From an uncultured Bacteroides sp. (lineage in GTDB: Bacteria > Bacteroidota > Bacteroidia > Bacteroidales > Muribaculaceae): 58,729 bases of DNA. The stretch covers positions 1 to 58,729 of the forward strand of contig CAYYQS010000001.1 in NCBI GenBank assembly GCA_964472555.1, given 5' to 3'. The notes under the pieces were generated by a model. The model was not told the origin of the DNA. It worked only from the letters and a program-made list of their open reading frames with translations, and searched no databases. Shown here in pieces: positions 1 to 9,298 of the stretch. How positions within the stretch are numbered: position 1 is the first letter of the stretch; every line of letters starts with the position of its first letter. Position numbers and translations under genes: made by a program.

Positions 1-1919
1 GTCGTCTTGACCCCGTTGTCGGACGTGAGACGGAGATCGAACGTCTCGCGCAGATTCTCAGCCGCAGAAAGAAGAACAATCCGGTACTCATCGGTGAGCC
101 CGGGGTCGGTAAATCGGCAATCGTCGAAGGCCTCGCTCTCCGTATTGTGCAGAGAAAAGTTTCCCGAACTCTATTCGATAAGCGGGTTATTTCTCTCGAC
201 ATGGCTTCTATTGTTGCCGGTACGAAATATCGAGGCGAGTTCGAAGAACGCATTAAAGCTATTCTCAATGAGCTCACTAAGAATCCCGACGTAATCCTCT
301 TCATCGACGAAATTCATACAATCGTAGGAGCAGGAAACGCGCAGGGATCCATGGATGCCGCCAACCTTCTCAAACCGGCTCTCGCACGCGGAGAAATCCA
401 GTGCATAGGTGCCACCACACTCGATGAATACCGCGTGAATATTGAAAAAGACGGAGCGCTCGAGCGTCGCTTCCAGAAAGTTATGGTAGAACCAACTACC
501 GCCGAAGAGACTCTCACTATCCTTAACAATATTAAACCGCGCTATGAAGCTCACCACGGTGTGATTTATACCGATGACGCCCTTGAGGCGTGCGTTAAAC
601 TCACCGACAGATATATCACCGATCGCAATTTCCCCGACAAGGCAATTGATGCCCTCGATGAAGCTGGATCGCGTGTAAGAATCACCAATATTGTGGTGCC
701 TGCTGAGATCGATGATCTTGAAAAGCAGGTTGCGGAAGCAACCGCGGCAAAGAGTGCGGCGGCCCAGCGTCACGATTTCGCCGAGGCTACCCGTCTACGC
801 GACCTTGCTTCTTCTCTTACAGAACAGCTTGAGGCTGCCCGCAAGAATTGGGAAAAAGAAATGGAAGCCAACCGTGAAACTGTAGATGCCGACAAAGTGG
901 CAGAGGTAGTGGCAATGATGACAGGCGTGCCCGTTCAGCGAATCGCTCAGGCTGAGGGAATTCGGCTTCTTGAAATGGAACCCACGCTTCAAAGTGCCGT
1001 GATAGGTCAGGATCAGGCTATAGCCAAGATCGTAAAGGCTATTCAGCGCAACCGCCTCGGCCTCAAAGATCCTGCAAAACCGATCGGTACCTTCATGTTC
1101 CTTGGCCCGACAGGAGTCGGCAAGACACATCTCGCCAAGAAACTCGCCGAATATCTTTTCGATTCAGCCGATACTCTTATCCGTATCGACATGAGCGAAT
1201 ATATGGAGAAATTCAGCGTGAGCCGTCTTATCGGAGCACCTCCGGGATATGTAGGTTACGAGGAGGGTGGACAGCTTACCGAGCGTGTCCGTCGACATCC
1301 TTATTCCGTAGTCCTTCTCGACGAGATAGAGAAGGCTCATCCCGATGTGTTCAATCTTCTGCTTCAGGTAATGGATGAAGGCCGCCTCACCGACAGTCTC
1401 GGGCGTCGTATCGACTTCAAGAACACCATTATTATAATGACTTCGAACATCGGAACACGTCAACTCAAGGACTTCGGTTCCGGCGTTGGTTTCGCCACCA
1501 AGGAAGTCGACCGGGAATACTCTCACAGCGTGCTCTCAAAGGCTCTCAACAAAGCCTTCTCTCCGGAATTCCTCAATCGTATCGACGATGTGATAATTTT
1601 CGATACGCTCGACCGCGATGCGATATTCAAAATTATTGATATCGAACTTGCAGGATTTTACCGTCGACTCGGTTCTCTCGGCTACACTGTTACTATCAGC
1701 GATGAAGCCAAGAACTTTATTGCCTCAAAGGGCTGCGACGTGCAGTTTGGCGCACGCCCCTTGAAGAGGGCTATCCAGAAGTATCTTGAAGACGAGCTTG
1801 CCGAGGTCCTTCTTGCCGAGCATCCTTCACAAGGCGACGAGATTATTGTAGACTACGACAAAGAGTCTTCAAAGATTGTCACACATGTGATTAAGGCTTC
1901 CGAGCAGCCCAAGCTATGA
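1..1919 (+). CDS. clpC: ATP-dependent Clp protease ATP-binding subunit ClpC (5' end outside the window)
   Basis: The frame is open from base 3 ([38 protein letters not shown]), so the ORF-track start at 147 is internal. Two AAA+ modules ([13 protein letters not shown] and [17 protein letters not shown]), a UVR-like middle domain, and a VGF ClpP-docking loop. Confidence 0.95.
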   Translation, partial: RLDPVVGRETEIERLAQILSRRKKNNPVLIGEPGVGKSAIVEGLALRIVQRKVSRTLFDKRVISLDMASIVAGTKYRGEFEERIKAILNELTKNPDVILFIDEIHTIVGAGNAQGSMDAANLLKPALARGEIQCIGATTLDEYRVNIEKDGALERRFQKVMVEPTTAEETLTILNNIKPRYEAHHGVIYTDDALEACVKLTDRYITDRNFPDKAIDALDEAGSRVRITNIVVPAEIDDLEKQVAEATAAKSAAAQRHDFAEATRLRDLASSLTEQLEAARKNWEKEMEANRETVDADKVAEVVAMMTGVPVQRIAQAEGIRLLEMEPTLQSAVIGQDQAIAKIVKAIQRNRLGLKDPAKPIGTFMFLGPTGVGKTHLAKKLAEYLFDSADTLIRIDMSEYMEKFSVSRLIGAPPGYVGYEEGGQLTERVRRHPYSVVLLDEIEKAHPDVFNLLLQVMDEGRLTDSLGRRIDFKNTIIIMTSNIGTRQLKDFGSGVGFATKEVDREYSHSVLSKALNKAFSPEFLNRIDDVIIFDTLDRDAIFKIIDIELAGFYRRLGSLGYTVTISDEAKNFIASKGCDVQFGARPLKRAIQKYLEDELAEVLLAEHPSQGDEIIVDYDKESSKIVTHVIKASEQPKL

Positions 1920-3313
1920 CCGACAAAACCTACACCGATATTCTTGCCTTCTTGCGGAATCTCATCGACGTGACTCCGTGGGAAGGCAAAGTCTTTGCTG
2001 TGGGAGGCTGTTGCCGCGACACGGTGATGGGTACGCCGGTAAAAGATATTGATCTCGCAGTCTCTCTTCCCGACGGCGGTGTTGAATTTGCACGTTGGCT
2101 CCATGCAAAAGGCCTTACGGTAGGAGAGCCTGTGCTTTTCACTAAGTACGGAACGGGGCGCCTCACCCTGAAGGCTTTCCCTGATGATGAGATAGAGCTT
2201 GTGCAGACACGCAAAGAAAAATATGACGACCGCACCAAAAGAGATCCCTCGGTAGCTTTCGGTAGTATTGAGGAAGATTGTTTCCGGCGCGATCTGACTA
2301 TCAACACTTTGTACTACGATATATCTAACGGTAAGATGCTTGATATTACGGGCAGGGCGTTTCACGACATTGAGCATCATATCATCCGTACACCTTCCGA
2401 CCCCGATACCACCTTCGACGATGACCCCGTACGCATTCTGCGTGCCATACGTTTTGCTGCTAGATATGGGTGGGATATAGCTTCTGAAGCATTCGAGGCC
2501 ATGAAGAGATATGTCGACCGGCTTTCGATAATTTCTCCAGAACGAATGTGGGGAGAATTTGAGAAAATACTTCTTTGTCCGCATCCAGGGCAGGCTCTTG
2601 AGATGCTCAAAGAGGTAGGCGCCATTGCTTACATCTTGCCGGAACTGTGTGCGACTTTTACTCTTAAACAATCGGAATATCATTTCGGTACCGTGTGGGA
2701 GCACACGCTGCGCACCGTAGATCTTGTTCCTGCCGATACTCTGCTGCGCACGGCAGCTTTACTCCACGATATAGGCAAAACTGTATCTTGCACAAAAGAT
2801 CAGAACGGATCGCCACGCTTTCCTCGGCACGACAAACGTGCCCGGGGTCTTGTAGGAGCTGCATTGAATCGCCTTAGGTGCCGCACCAGTTTTGTCGACA
2901 AAGTTGTTTTCCTTGTAGTAAACCACGAGGCAGCCAAAGGGTGGGGACCGAGAGCTGAGAACATGAGCGACGTTCAGTTGCGCAAACTCGAATTTCTTTG
3001 CCGTACATATAAGCGTTTTGATAGGTTGCTTACTCTTATCGATGCTGATAACAGATCCTATGCTCAAGGTCATTGCATGCCTGAACAAGTGCCCGCAATC
3101 AGGCACCGGGCTGCCGAACTTAAATCAGAAAAATCGGATGGGTTCAGCATTCGCCTTCCGATCAAGCCTTCCAGAGTAGCCCGCTTGGCCGGACTTCATC
3201 CCGGAGCTCAACTCGACGAGCTTATACGTTGGCTATACGATCAGGTTTTTAAAAAGCCGCGCACAACACGTGAGCAGCTCATTCATTTCATAAAAAAGAA
3301 ATCTAAAAAATAA
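1916..3313 (+). CDS. CCA tRNA nucleotidyltransferase (class II) with HD domain
   Basis: VGGCCRD..DIDL, RKEKY loop, RRDLTIN, DDPVRILR and SPER motifs. HD domain HT..LHDIGK..H..D. ATGA overlap with the clpC stop. Confidence 0.88.
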   Translation: MTDKTYTDILAFLRNLIDVTPWEGKVFAVGGCCRDTVMGTPVKDIDLAVSLPDGGVEFARWLHAKGLTVGEPVLFTKYGTGRLTLKAFPDDEIELVQTRKEKYDDRTKRDPSVAFGSIEEDCFRRDLTINTLYYDISNGKMLDITGRAFHDIEHHIIRTPSDPDTTFDDDPVRILRAIRFAARYGWDIASEAFEAMKRYVDRLSIISPERMWGEFEKILLCPHPGQALEMLKEVGAIAYILPELCATFTLKQSEYHFGTVWEHTLRTVDLVPADTLLRTAALLHDIGKTVSCTKDQNGSPRFPRHDKRARGLVGAALNRLRCRTSFVDKVVFLVVNHEAAKGWGPRAENMSDVQLRKLEFLCRTYKRFDRLLTLIDADNRSYAQGHCMPEQVPAIRHRAAELKSEKSDGFSIRLPIKPSRVARLAGLHPGAQLDELIRWLYDQVFKKPRTTREQLIHFIKKKSKK

Positions 3314-3334
3314 TTCCCAGATATTCATTAAACT

Positions 3335-3377
3335 GCGGCTCCGCTACCATTGTAGAGTAGAGGAGCCGCTACTTTTT
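3335..3377 (+). terminator. Rho-independent terminator after clpC-cca
   Basis: GCGGCTCC-g-CTAC...GTAG-a-GGAGCCGC stem followed by TACTTTTT. Confidence 0.8.
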
Positions 3378-3441
3378 CAACTTTTATTGATATTATTTAA
3401 GTTTATTACTCAAATTTATGTCTTGTTTCGGGAAAATTAAC

Positions 3442-3449
3442 TATCTTTG
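3442..3449 (+). promoter_or_regulatory. Bacteroidetes housekeeping promoter -7 box
   Basis: TATCTTTG matches TAnnTTTG, 66 nt before the ATG at 3516. Confidence 0.65.
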
Positions 3450-3515
3450 CGCGAATCATTATAAACAGAGTTTCCACTAAGCCAGGAAAAATCATTAAAC
3501 CAACAAATATTTCTT

Positions 3516-5288
3516 ATGCAAAACATTACAAAGAGTCTTGTGTCGGCGATAGCTGCATTTGGAGCAGCATCTCTGGCACTAACTTCGTGTGTGGATCACG
3601 ACTATGACCTGACAGAGGACATAGACATGACCATTCAGATCGGTAGTGAATTCCTTTCGCTGCCAACAAGCAGTGTCGAAGCCATAACGCTGGATAAGAT
3701 TCTGGACCTCGATAATAACAGTTCGATCAAAGCTGTAGAAAACGACGGTGAATACGGTCTTAAATCAGGCGATTATGTTCTTGTTCAGACTGGCGAATCT
3801 ACCAAATCTTCCTACAACGTTCCCGTAGTGGAGATCGGAAAACTCGAAGGCTCGACTGAGTCGACTAAGCTTCCCGAATTTGTAAACTTAGGAGGCACAG
3901 AGCCTGAAATTATCGAACATGCAACACCCCTCATCAATGCCGTCAAACTGTCGGACGATAATGTTACTCTCGAACTTAAGTCTATCGAACAGGCAAAACT
4001 TGATGTTCAGCTCAAACTCAGAGTAGGTTTCGTATCGGATGATTTTGCCGGTACGGCTTATATCAAGAAAGGCTTCAAGGCAGAATTTGATCCTTCGTGG
4101 ACGGTTATTGTTGACCCTGCATCGGCAGATGTTATCAAGTCGATTTCCGCCAACGAAATTGAATTTATTCGTGATGCCGCAATCACACCTACACATCCTC
4201 TCATTCTCTATGTCCGTCTTACTGATGTAGATTTCAGCAAACTTCCTGCCGATCAGGGTCTTTATGCTCCCGGTAAGTTCCGTCTCGTTTGCGATGTACA
4301 CTCTGAGGGTGATGTCTCTATTAAGGTAGGCGACCTTCCTGTAGGCTCTCGTGCCAACCTCAACCTTGAAGTTTCTACCGAAGTAAGCGAAGCTCAGATT
4401 CTTGCCGTGACCGGTAAGGTAGAGCCTGAAATCACTATCAACCCTTCTTCTTTCAAGATCAACGATATTCCCGATTTCCTCAAAGATGACGAGAACAACC
4501 TCGACATCGAGAACCCTATGATTTACTTCACCGTTACCAACGATTCGCCTCTTAGTCTTGAGGTAAACGGCCAGCTTACAGCCATCAAAGAAGGCAAGGA
4601 TCTGGCGGTTGTAGGTATCGGTTCAAAATTCGGCACTGATGAAATTATCATCCCCGGTGAGTCTACGAAGACAATTGTTATTTCGAGAGAAAAAGTTGAC
4701 GGTGACTTCCAGAATGTTCAGGTGGCTAACCTCAATAAACTTCTCGAAACAATCCCCGACGAAATCGAATTCTCGAATGTTACTTGCGATGCTCGTCCCA
4801 TCGTGTCTACTTATACTCTTGGTGCTACCTATCATTATAGTGCCGACTACGAAGCCGTGATTCCATTCGCTTTCGGCGATGCCATGAATCTCCACTACAC
4901 CCATATCGACGATGGCTGGAACGAGGATCTCGACAAGTATAACTTCAACGAGGTAAGAATCACAGCAGTAGCGGTGAATACTATCCCTCTCAACATGATT
5001 CCCTCTGCAGTAGCTCTTGACAAGAACGGCAACGACATTACTAATATCACTGCCACAGTAGAGCAGACGGTTAAGGCCGGTAGCGTGGAGAATCCTTCGA
5101 GAAGCGAACTGGTGATCATCCTCAAGTCCGAGGCTGAAAATATCGGTCAGCTCGACGGTATCCGCCTCATCTTCGATGCTACAGCTGCTCAGGAATATGT
5201 GGGTGTAAACCTCAACAAAAACCAGGCTCTGCGCTTCGATGCAGTCTCTGTAAAAATCATCGGAGGCGTTTTAATTGATCTTAACTAA
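3516..5288 (+). CDS. Large surface lipoprotein, beta-rich (DUF4621-like)
   Basis: Signal peptide II with lipobox LTSC followed by acidic VDHDYDLTED. Family assignment is from recall. Confidence 0.75.
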   Translation: MQNITKSLVSAIAAFGAASLALTSCVDHDYDLTEDIDMTIQIGSEFLSLPTSSVEAITLDKILDLDNNSSIKAVENDGEYGLKSGDYVLVQTGESTKSSYNVPVVEIGKLEGSTESTKLPEFVNLGGTEPEIIEHATPLINAVKLSDDNVTLELKSIEQAKLDVQLKLRVGFVSDDFAGTAYIKKGFKAEFDPSWTVIVDPASADVIKSISANEIEFIRDAAITPTHPLILYVRLTDVDFSKLPADQGLYAPGKFRLVCDVHSEGDVSIKVGDLPVGSRANLNLEVSTEVSEAQILAVTGKVEPEITINPSSFKINDIPDFLKDDENNLDIENPMIYFTVTNDSPLSLEVNGQLTAIKEGKDLAVVGIGSKFGTDEIIIPGESTKTIVISREKVDGDFQNVQVANLNKLLETIPDEIEFSNVTCDARPIVSTYTLGATYHYSADYEAVIPFAFGDAMNLHYTHIDDGWNEDLDKYNFNEVRITAVAVNTIPLNMIPSAVALDKNGNDITNITATVEQTVKAGSVENPSRSELVIILKSEAENIGQLDGIRLIFDATAAQEYVGVNLNKNQALRFDAVSVKIIGGVLIDLN

Positions 5289-5312
5289 TCCTAACCGCAA
5301 AACTATCCAATC

Positions 5313-6752
5313 ATGAATACATCTAAGAAAATCATACTCGGCTTTGCGGCTGGATGCGCCCTTGCCACAGCGTCTGCTCAGGATGCTCCCCGTAGTGCTT
5401 ACTTCCTCGAAGGCTACACCATGCGCCACGAACTCAACCCTGCATTCGCTCCCGAACGCAACTATGTGTCGATGCCCGTGCTCGCAAATCTCGATATCGC
5501 TCTGTTCTCCAACGTAGGCGTCAATACATTCCTGTATCCCACCACCAAGCCAGGCTACAAACTCACCACCTTCATGAGCCCTGATGTAGCTGCGTCTGAA
5601 TTCCTCGGAAAACTTCGAGAGGTAAACCATATCAATTCCAATATTGATATGACTCTCCTTTCTACAGGCTTCCGTGCCCTCAATGGATACAACACAATAT
5701 CTATAGGTGTGCACACCGACATGGGTATCGCTCTGCCGAAGGACTTCTTCCGTTTCATGAAGCTTGGCCAGACTGGAGAATATACTCACTATCACTTCGA
5801 CAATCTCCGCGCCAAAGCTACCGCTCGTGCAGAAATCGCTCTCGGCCACAGCCACAAGATCACCGATAAACTCAATGTAGGTGCAAAACTCAAGTTCCTT
5901 GTCGGTCTCGCAAATGTAAATGCCCATATAAACGACATGGATCTCCAGATGAGCGATGATATGTGGAAAGTGACAGCCGACGGTCTCGTAGAAATGGCAG
6001 CCGGTACCGGCCTTCACGTACCCACTAAAGCTGAAAGCGGCGCCGACTACAAGAATCCCGAGGATGCCGATCTCATCGAATGGAGCGATATCGACTATAA
6101 GAAATTCGGTGTAGCCGGTTTCGGTCTCGGCATTGATCTTGGTGCTACTTATCAGCTTCTCCCCGATCTCCAGCTCTCGGCCGCAATCAACGACTTCGGC
6201 TTTATGAACTGGGGCAACGCTTATAAAGGTGTTACCGGCGATTCGAGCTGGGAGTTCAAGGGCTTCCAGAACATTGCTGTAGATAAGGATCAGGAGAATT
6301 ATCCTGACAACAAGCTCGATGAACAGTTCGACCGCATGTGGGACGATCTGCAGGATGTAATCAACATTCACCGCGAAATGGAGCGTGGCGACTACGCTCA
6401 GATGCTCAATGCCACTATCCGTCTCGGTGCTGAATACAACATGCCCTTCTACAAGAATCTTACCGGCGGTTTCCTCTTCTCCACTTATATCGCTGGCTGC
6501 AGTTCATGGTCTGAAGGACGCTTCTACGCCAACGTGAAGCCCACAAGCTGGTTCAATGCTTCTATCAACTATGGTGCTTCTACCTTCGGCTCTTCGTTCG
6601 GCTGGATGATCAACTTCTGCCCCAAAGGATTCAACTTCTTCATTGGCTCAGATCACCAGTTCTTCAAGGTTACTCCGCAGTTTATTCCTGTTGGGAAAGC
6701 ATGTGCCAATATCAACCTTGGCATTAGCTTCATATTCGGAGCCCGCAAGTAA
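5313..6752 (+). CDS. Outer-membrane beta-barrel protein (DUF5723-like)
   Basis: Signal peptide (ASA-Q), YFLEGYTMRHELNPAF N-terminal motif, alternating amphipathic strands, and a terminal INLGISFIF strand. Confidence 0.78.
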   Translation: MNTSKKIILGFAAGCALATASAQDAPRSAYFLEGYTMRHELNPAFAPERNYVSMPVLANLDIALFSNVGVNTFLYPTTKPGYKLTTFMSPDVAASEFLGKLREVNHINSNIDMTLLSTGFRALNGYNTISIGVHTDMGIALPKDFFRFMKLGQTGEYTHYHFDNLRAKATARAEIALGHSHKITDKLNVGAKLKFLVGLANVNAHINDMDLQMSDDMWKVTADGLVEMAAGTGLHVPTKAESGADYKNPEDADLIEWSDIDYKKFGVAGFGLGIDLGATYQLLPDLQLSAAINDFGFMNWGNAYKGVTGDSSWEFKGFQNIAVDKDQENYPDNKLDEQFDRMWDDLQDVINIHREMERGDYAQMLNATIRLGAEYNMPFYKNLTGGFLFSTYIAGCSSWSEGRFYANVKPTSWFNASINYGASTFGSSFGWMINFCPKGFNFFIGSDHQFFKVTPQFIPVGKACANINLGISFIFGARK

Positions 6753-6777
6753 ATTTCGCTTATCCGGAAAAAATTCT

Positions 6778-6785
6778 TAACTTTG
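6778..6785 (+). promoter_or_regulatory. Housekeeping promoter -7 box for fabG
   Basis: TAACTTTG matches TAnnTTTG, 26 nt before the ATG. Confidence 0.6.
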
Positions 6786-6811
6786 CCCAGTTTTTTAAAC
6801 ACAGCAGAATT

Positions 6812-7558
6812 ATGAAATTACTTGAAGGAAAGACCGCCCTCATTACCGGAGCGGCTCGCGGCATCGGCAAAGCCCTTGCTCTCCGCTTCGCCCAGGAAGG
6901 CGCCAATATAGCTTTCACCGACCTCGTGATCGACGAGAACGGTAAAGCTACCGAAGCAGAAATCGCCGCTTTAGGCGTTAAAGCTAAAGGCTATGCATCC
7001 AATGCCGCCGATTATGCCCAGACTGAAGCTGTCGTGGCAGAAGTTGTAAAAGATTTCGGCCGCATCGACATCCTTGTCAACAATGCAGGTATTACCAAAG
7101 ACGGACTGATGATGCGAATGACAGAGGCTCAATGGGATGCTGTAATTGCAGTGAACCTCAAGAGCGCATTCAACTTCATCCACGCCGTTCTTCCCATTAT
7201 GATGCGTCAGCGTTCTGGCTCAATCATCAACATGGCATCAGTAGTTGGTGTTCACGGCAATGCAGGTCAGGCTAACTATGCAGCTTCCAAGGCAGGCCTC
7301 ATCGCTCTTGCCAAGAGTATCGCTCAGGAGGTTGGCTCTCGCGGTATCCGTGCCAACGCTATCGCTCCCGGCTTCATCGAGACTGCCATGACAGCCCAGC
7401 TGCCCGATGCAGTTCGTGAAGAATGGAAGAAGAAAATTCCCCTTCGCCGTGGCGGACAGGTTGAGGATATCGCCAACGTGGCAACCTTCCTCGCTTCCGA
7501 TCTCTCGAGCTATGTGACCGGTCAGGTCATTCAGGTCGACGGCGGCATGAACATGTGA
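6812..7558 (+). CDS. fabG: 3-oxoacyl-ACP reductase
   Basis: SDR motifs TGAARGIG, NNAGITKD and YAASK, with C-terminal VDGGM. Confidence 0.95.
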   Translation: MKLLEGKTALITGAARGIGKALALRFAQEGANIAFTDLVIDENGKATEAEIAALGVKAKGYASNAADYAQTEAVVAEVVKDFGRIDILVNNAGITKDGLMMRMTEAQWDAVIAVNLKSAFNFIHAVLPIMMRQRSGSIINMASVVGVHGNAGQANYAASKAGLIALAKSIAQEVGSRGIRANAIAPGFIETAMTAQLPDAVREEWKKKIPLRRGGQVEDIANVATFLASDLSSYVTGQVIQVDGGMNM

Positions 7559-7563
7559 TCCGA

Positions 7564-7621
7564 TATCTCCATATAAAAAGCGCTGGCGGCGAAAACCGTC
7601 AGCGCTTTTTATATGGAGATA
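7564..7621. terminator. Bidirectional terminator between convergent fabG and aspD
   Basis: Perfect 22-bp inverted repeat TATCTCCATATAAAAAGCGCTG / CAGCGCTTTTTATATGGAGATA with an inner GCGG/CCGT stem. T-tracts on both strands. Confidence 0.9.
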
Positions 7622-7626
7622 GTTCT

Positions 7627-9267
7627 TTATTTTTTGGTGTCGAGGTATTCCTTATGATATTCGTCGAGTACTTCACGTATCGACTTGCCTATCGTAACAT
7701 AATCCTCTCTGTTGAGATTTGCCTCCGAAGTCCTTATCGACCAGTCCGGTCCATTGAATCCTGATCCGTTAAGCACTACTATTCCTTTCTGAGCGGCGAG
7801 GCGCATTGTCACATCGAGAGGGTTGTGCTTCTTCTCAAGCCATGTGGCGAAATCGTCGCCATAGAATTTGCGGGCCCATACCATCATATCTATTTCGGAG
7901 TAATATCCTACACGCAATGGATCGGCGATCATCTTGAAGCCTGTATTTTCCCACAGAGCGGCCAGACGGTCGTTGATCATGGCATGCATTTTCTTCTTGT
8001 ACACATCGTAAGTGTCAACGAGGCATTTGAGGGCGAAGAGGCTCATCATGATCTGCTGAGGTGTCGACGATCCTGCCGTGTGATTAAGAGCCACGTCGCG
8101 GCTGTCTGCTACCATGCGGTCGGTGAATTTCAGTTTGTCCACATCAAGCGACAGTAAGCCGTAGCGACGGGCAAGATCTTTTTTCTCGCTTTCCGGAAGC
8201 TGAGCGATCAGCTTGTCGAAGATATTCTTCTTGGCGGCTGCTACAACTCCAAGACGCCAACCCGTAGCTCCGAAGTATTTTGAAAAAGAGTAGACGCACA
8301 GTGTGTTGTAAGGCAACACATACATGAGCGATCGGAAGTTTGTAGCGAATGTGCCGTAAACGTCGTCAGTAACAACTATTAGATTAGGGTTATCCTTCTT
8401 GACGATGTCGACGAATCTTTCGAGATTGTCATCCGACAGACGGTAGGAGGGCGGATTGGAAGGATTGATGAGGCACACGAGTTTGACAGCCGGATCACGT
8501 AGCTTATCAAGCTCGGAGTCGGGATATGTCCAGTCGTGATAGCCGTCCTCATCCACCGGATTGGCACTTACTGTAACCACATCGAAATCGAAGCGGTCGA
8601 GTTGCGGAATCTCAATATATGGAGTGAAAAGAGGTGCCATGAGAGCTATTTTATCACCTTTCTTTACGAGGTGATTGGCTTGCAGAGAGTCGAATACGTA
8701 GCACATGCCTGCCGTTCCTCCCTCGATAGAGAATAGATCATATTCTCTGCCCAGACCTTCGGCGCGGTTCCCCATTTCCTGGGCCAGATATGCCCTTACT
8801 ATTTCTTCTGTATACTTGAGAATGCGGGGTGGAGTAGGGTAATGGTCACCTGTGATGCCGTCGGCCCACTCCCATACAAGTTCGTCTGGTTCGGCTCCGA
8901 GAGTGTCGATTGCATATTCATATCCACGGCGTAGCAGAATCTTTCCGTCGCTGTCAGGCTGGCGGTCGAGGAAAGCGAGGAAGCGTTCTGCGATTCCGTC
9001 GTGCGACGGACAACCGGCGATACCGGGTGTGTCAGAATATTCACGTTTACATTCCTCAACTGAGAAGTTTCCCAACATGAAGAACGCTTCTCGCGCGTCA
9101 GATGAAGTCCAGTTAGGATTCCCTCGGCCTGCATTAAGATAGGTGGCCGATGATTCTTTTGAATCTTTCTGAGCGAGTCTTATAAGTTCGTTCTTGATTT
9201 CGAACGGACTCATCTGGCTCAGTTTTTCTTCGTAAGCTCTGGAGAGAGGATTTTTAGGAGTATTCAT
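7627..9267 (-). CDS. aspD: Aspartate 4-decarboxylase (PLP-dependent)
   Basis: LSQMSPFEIKNELI, LNAGRGNPNW and the PLP-lysine motif SFSKYFGATGWRLG. Adjacent to the antiporter. Confidence 0.93.
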   Translation of the reverse strand: MNTPKNPLSRAYEEKLSQMSPFEIKNELIRLAQKDSKESSATYLNAGRGNPNWTSSDAREAFFMLGNFSVEECKREYSDTPGIAGCPSHDGIAERFLAFLDRQPDSDGKILLRRGYEYAIDTLGAEPDELVWEWADGITGDHYPTPPRILKYTEEIVRAYLAQEMGNRAEGLGREYDLFSIEGGTAGMCYVFDSLQANHLVKKGDKIALMAPLFTPYIEIPQLDRFDFDVVTVSANPVDEDGYHDWTYPDSELDKLRDPAVKLVCLINPSNPPSYRLSDDNLERFVDIVKKDNPNLIVVTDDVYGTFATNFRSLMYVLPYNTLCVYSFSKYFGATGWRLGVVAAAKKNIFDKLIAQLPESEKKDLARRYGLLSLDVDKLKFTDRMVADSRDVALNHTAGSSTPQQIMMSLFALKCLVDTYDVYKKKMHAMINDRLAALWENTGFKMIADPLRVGYYSEIDMMVWARKFYGDDFATWLEKKHNPLDVTMRLAAQKGIVVLNGSGFNGPDWSIRTSEANLNREDYVTIGKSIREVLDEYHKEYLDTKK

Positions 9268-9298
9268 ATCAGTGGTTTATGTTTATTATTAATCATAA

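Noticed and set aside
1853-2704. 283-aa antisense ORF, and the many other short ORFs nested in assigned genes
   Set aside because: They overlap well-supported genes and have no protein-like features
5271-6371. 366-aa antisense ORF
   Set aside because: It is a shadow of the codon-biased barrel gene on the opposite strand and has no recognisable motifs
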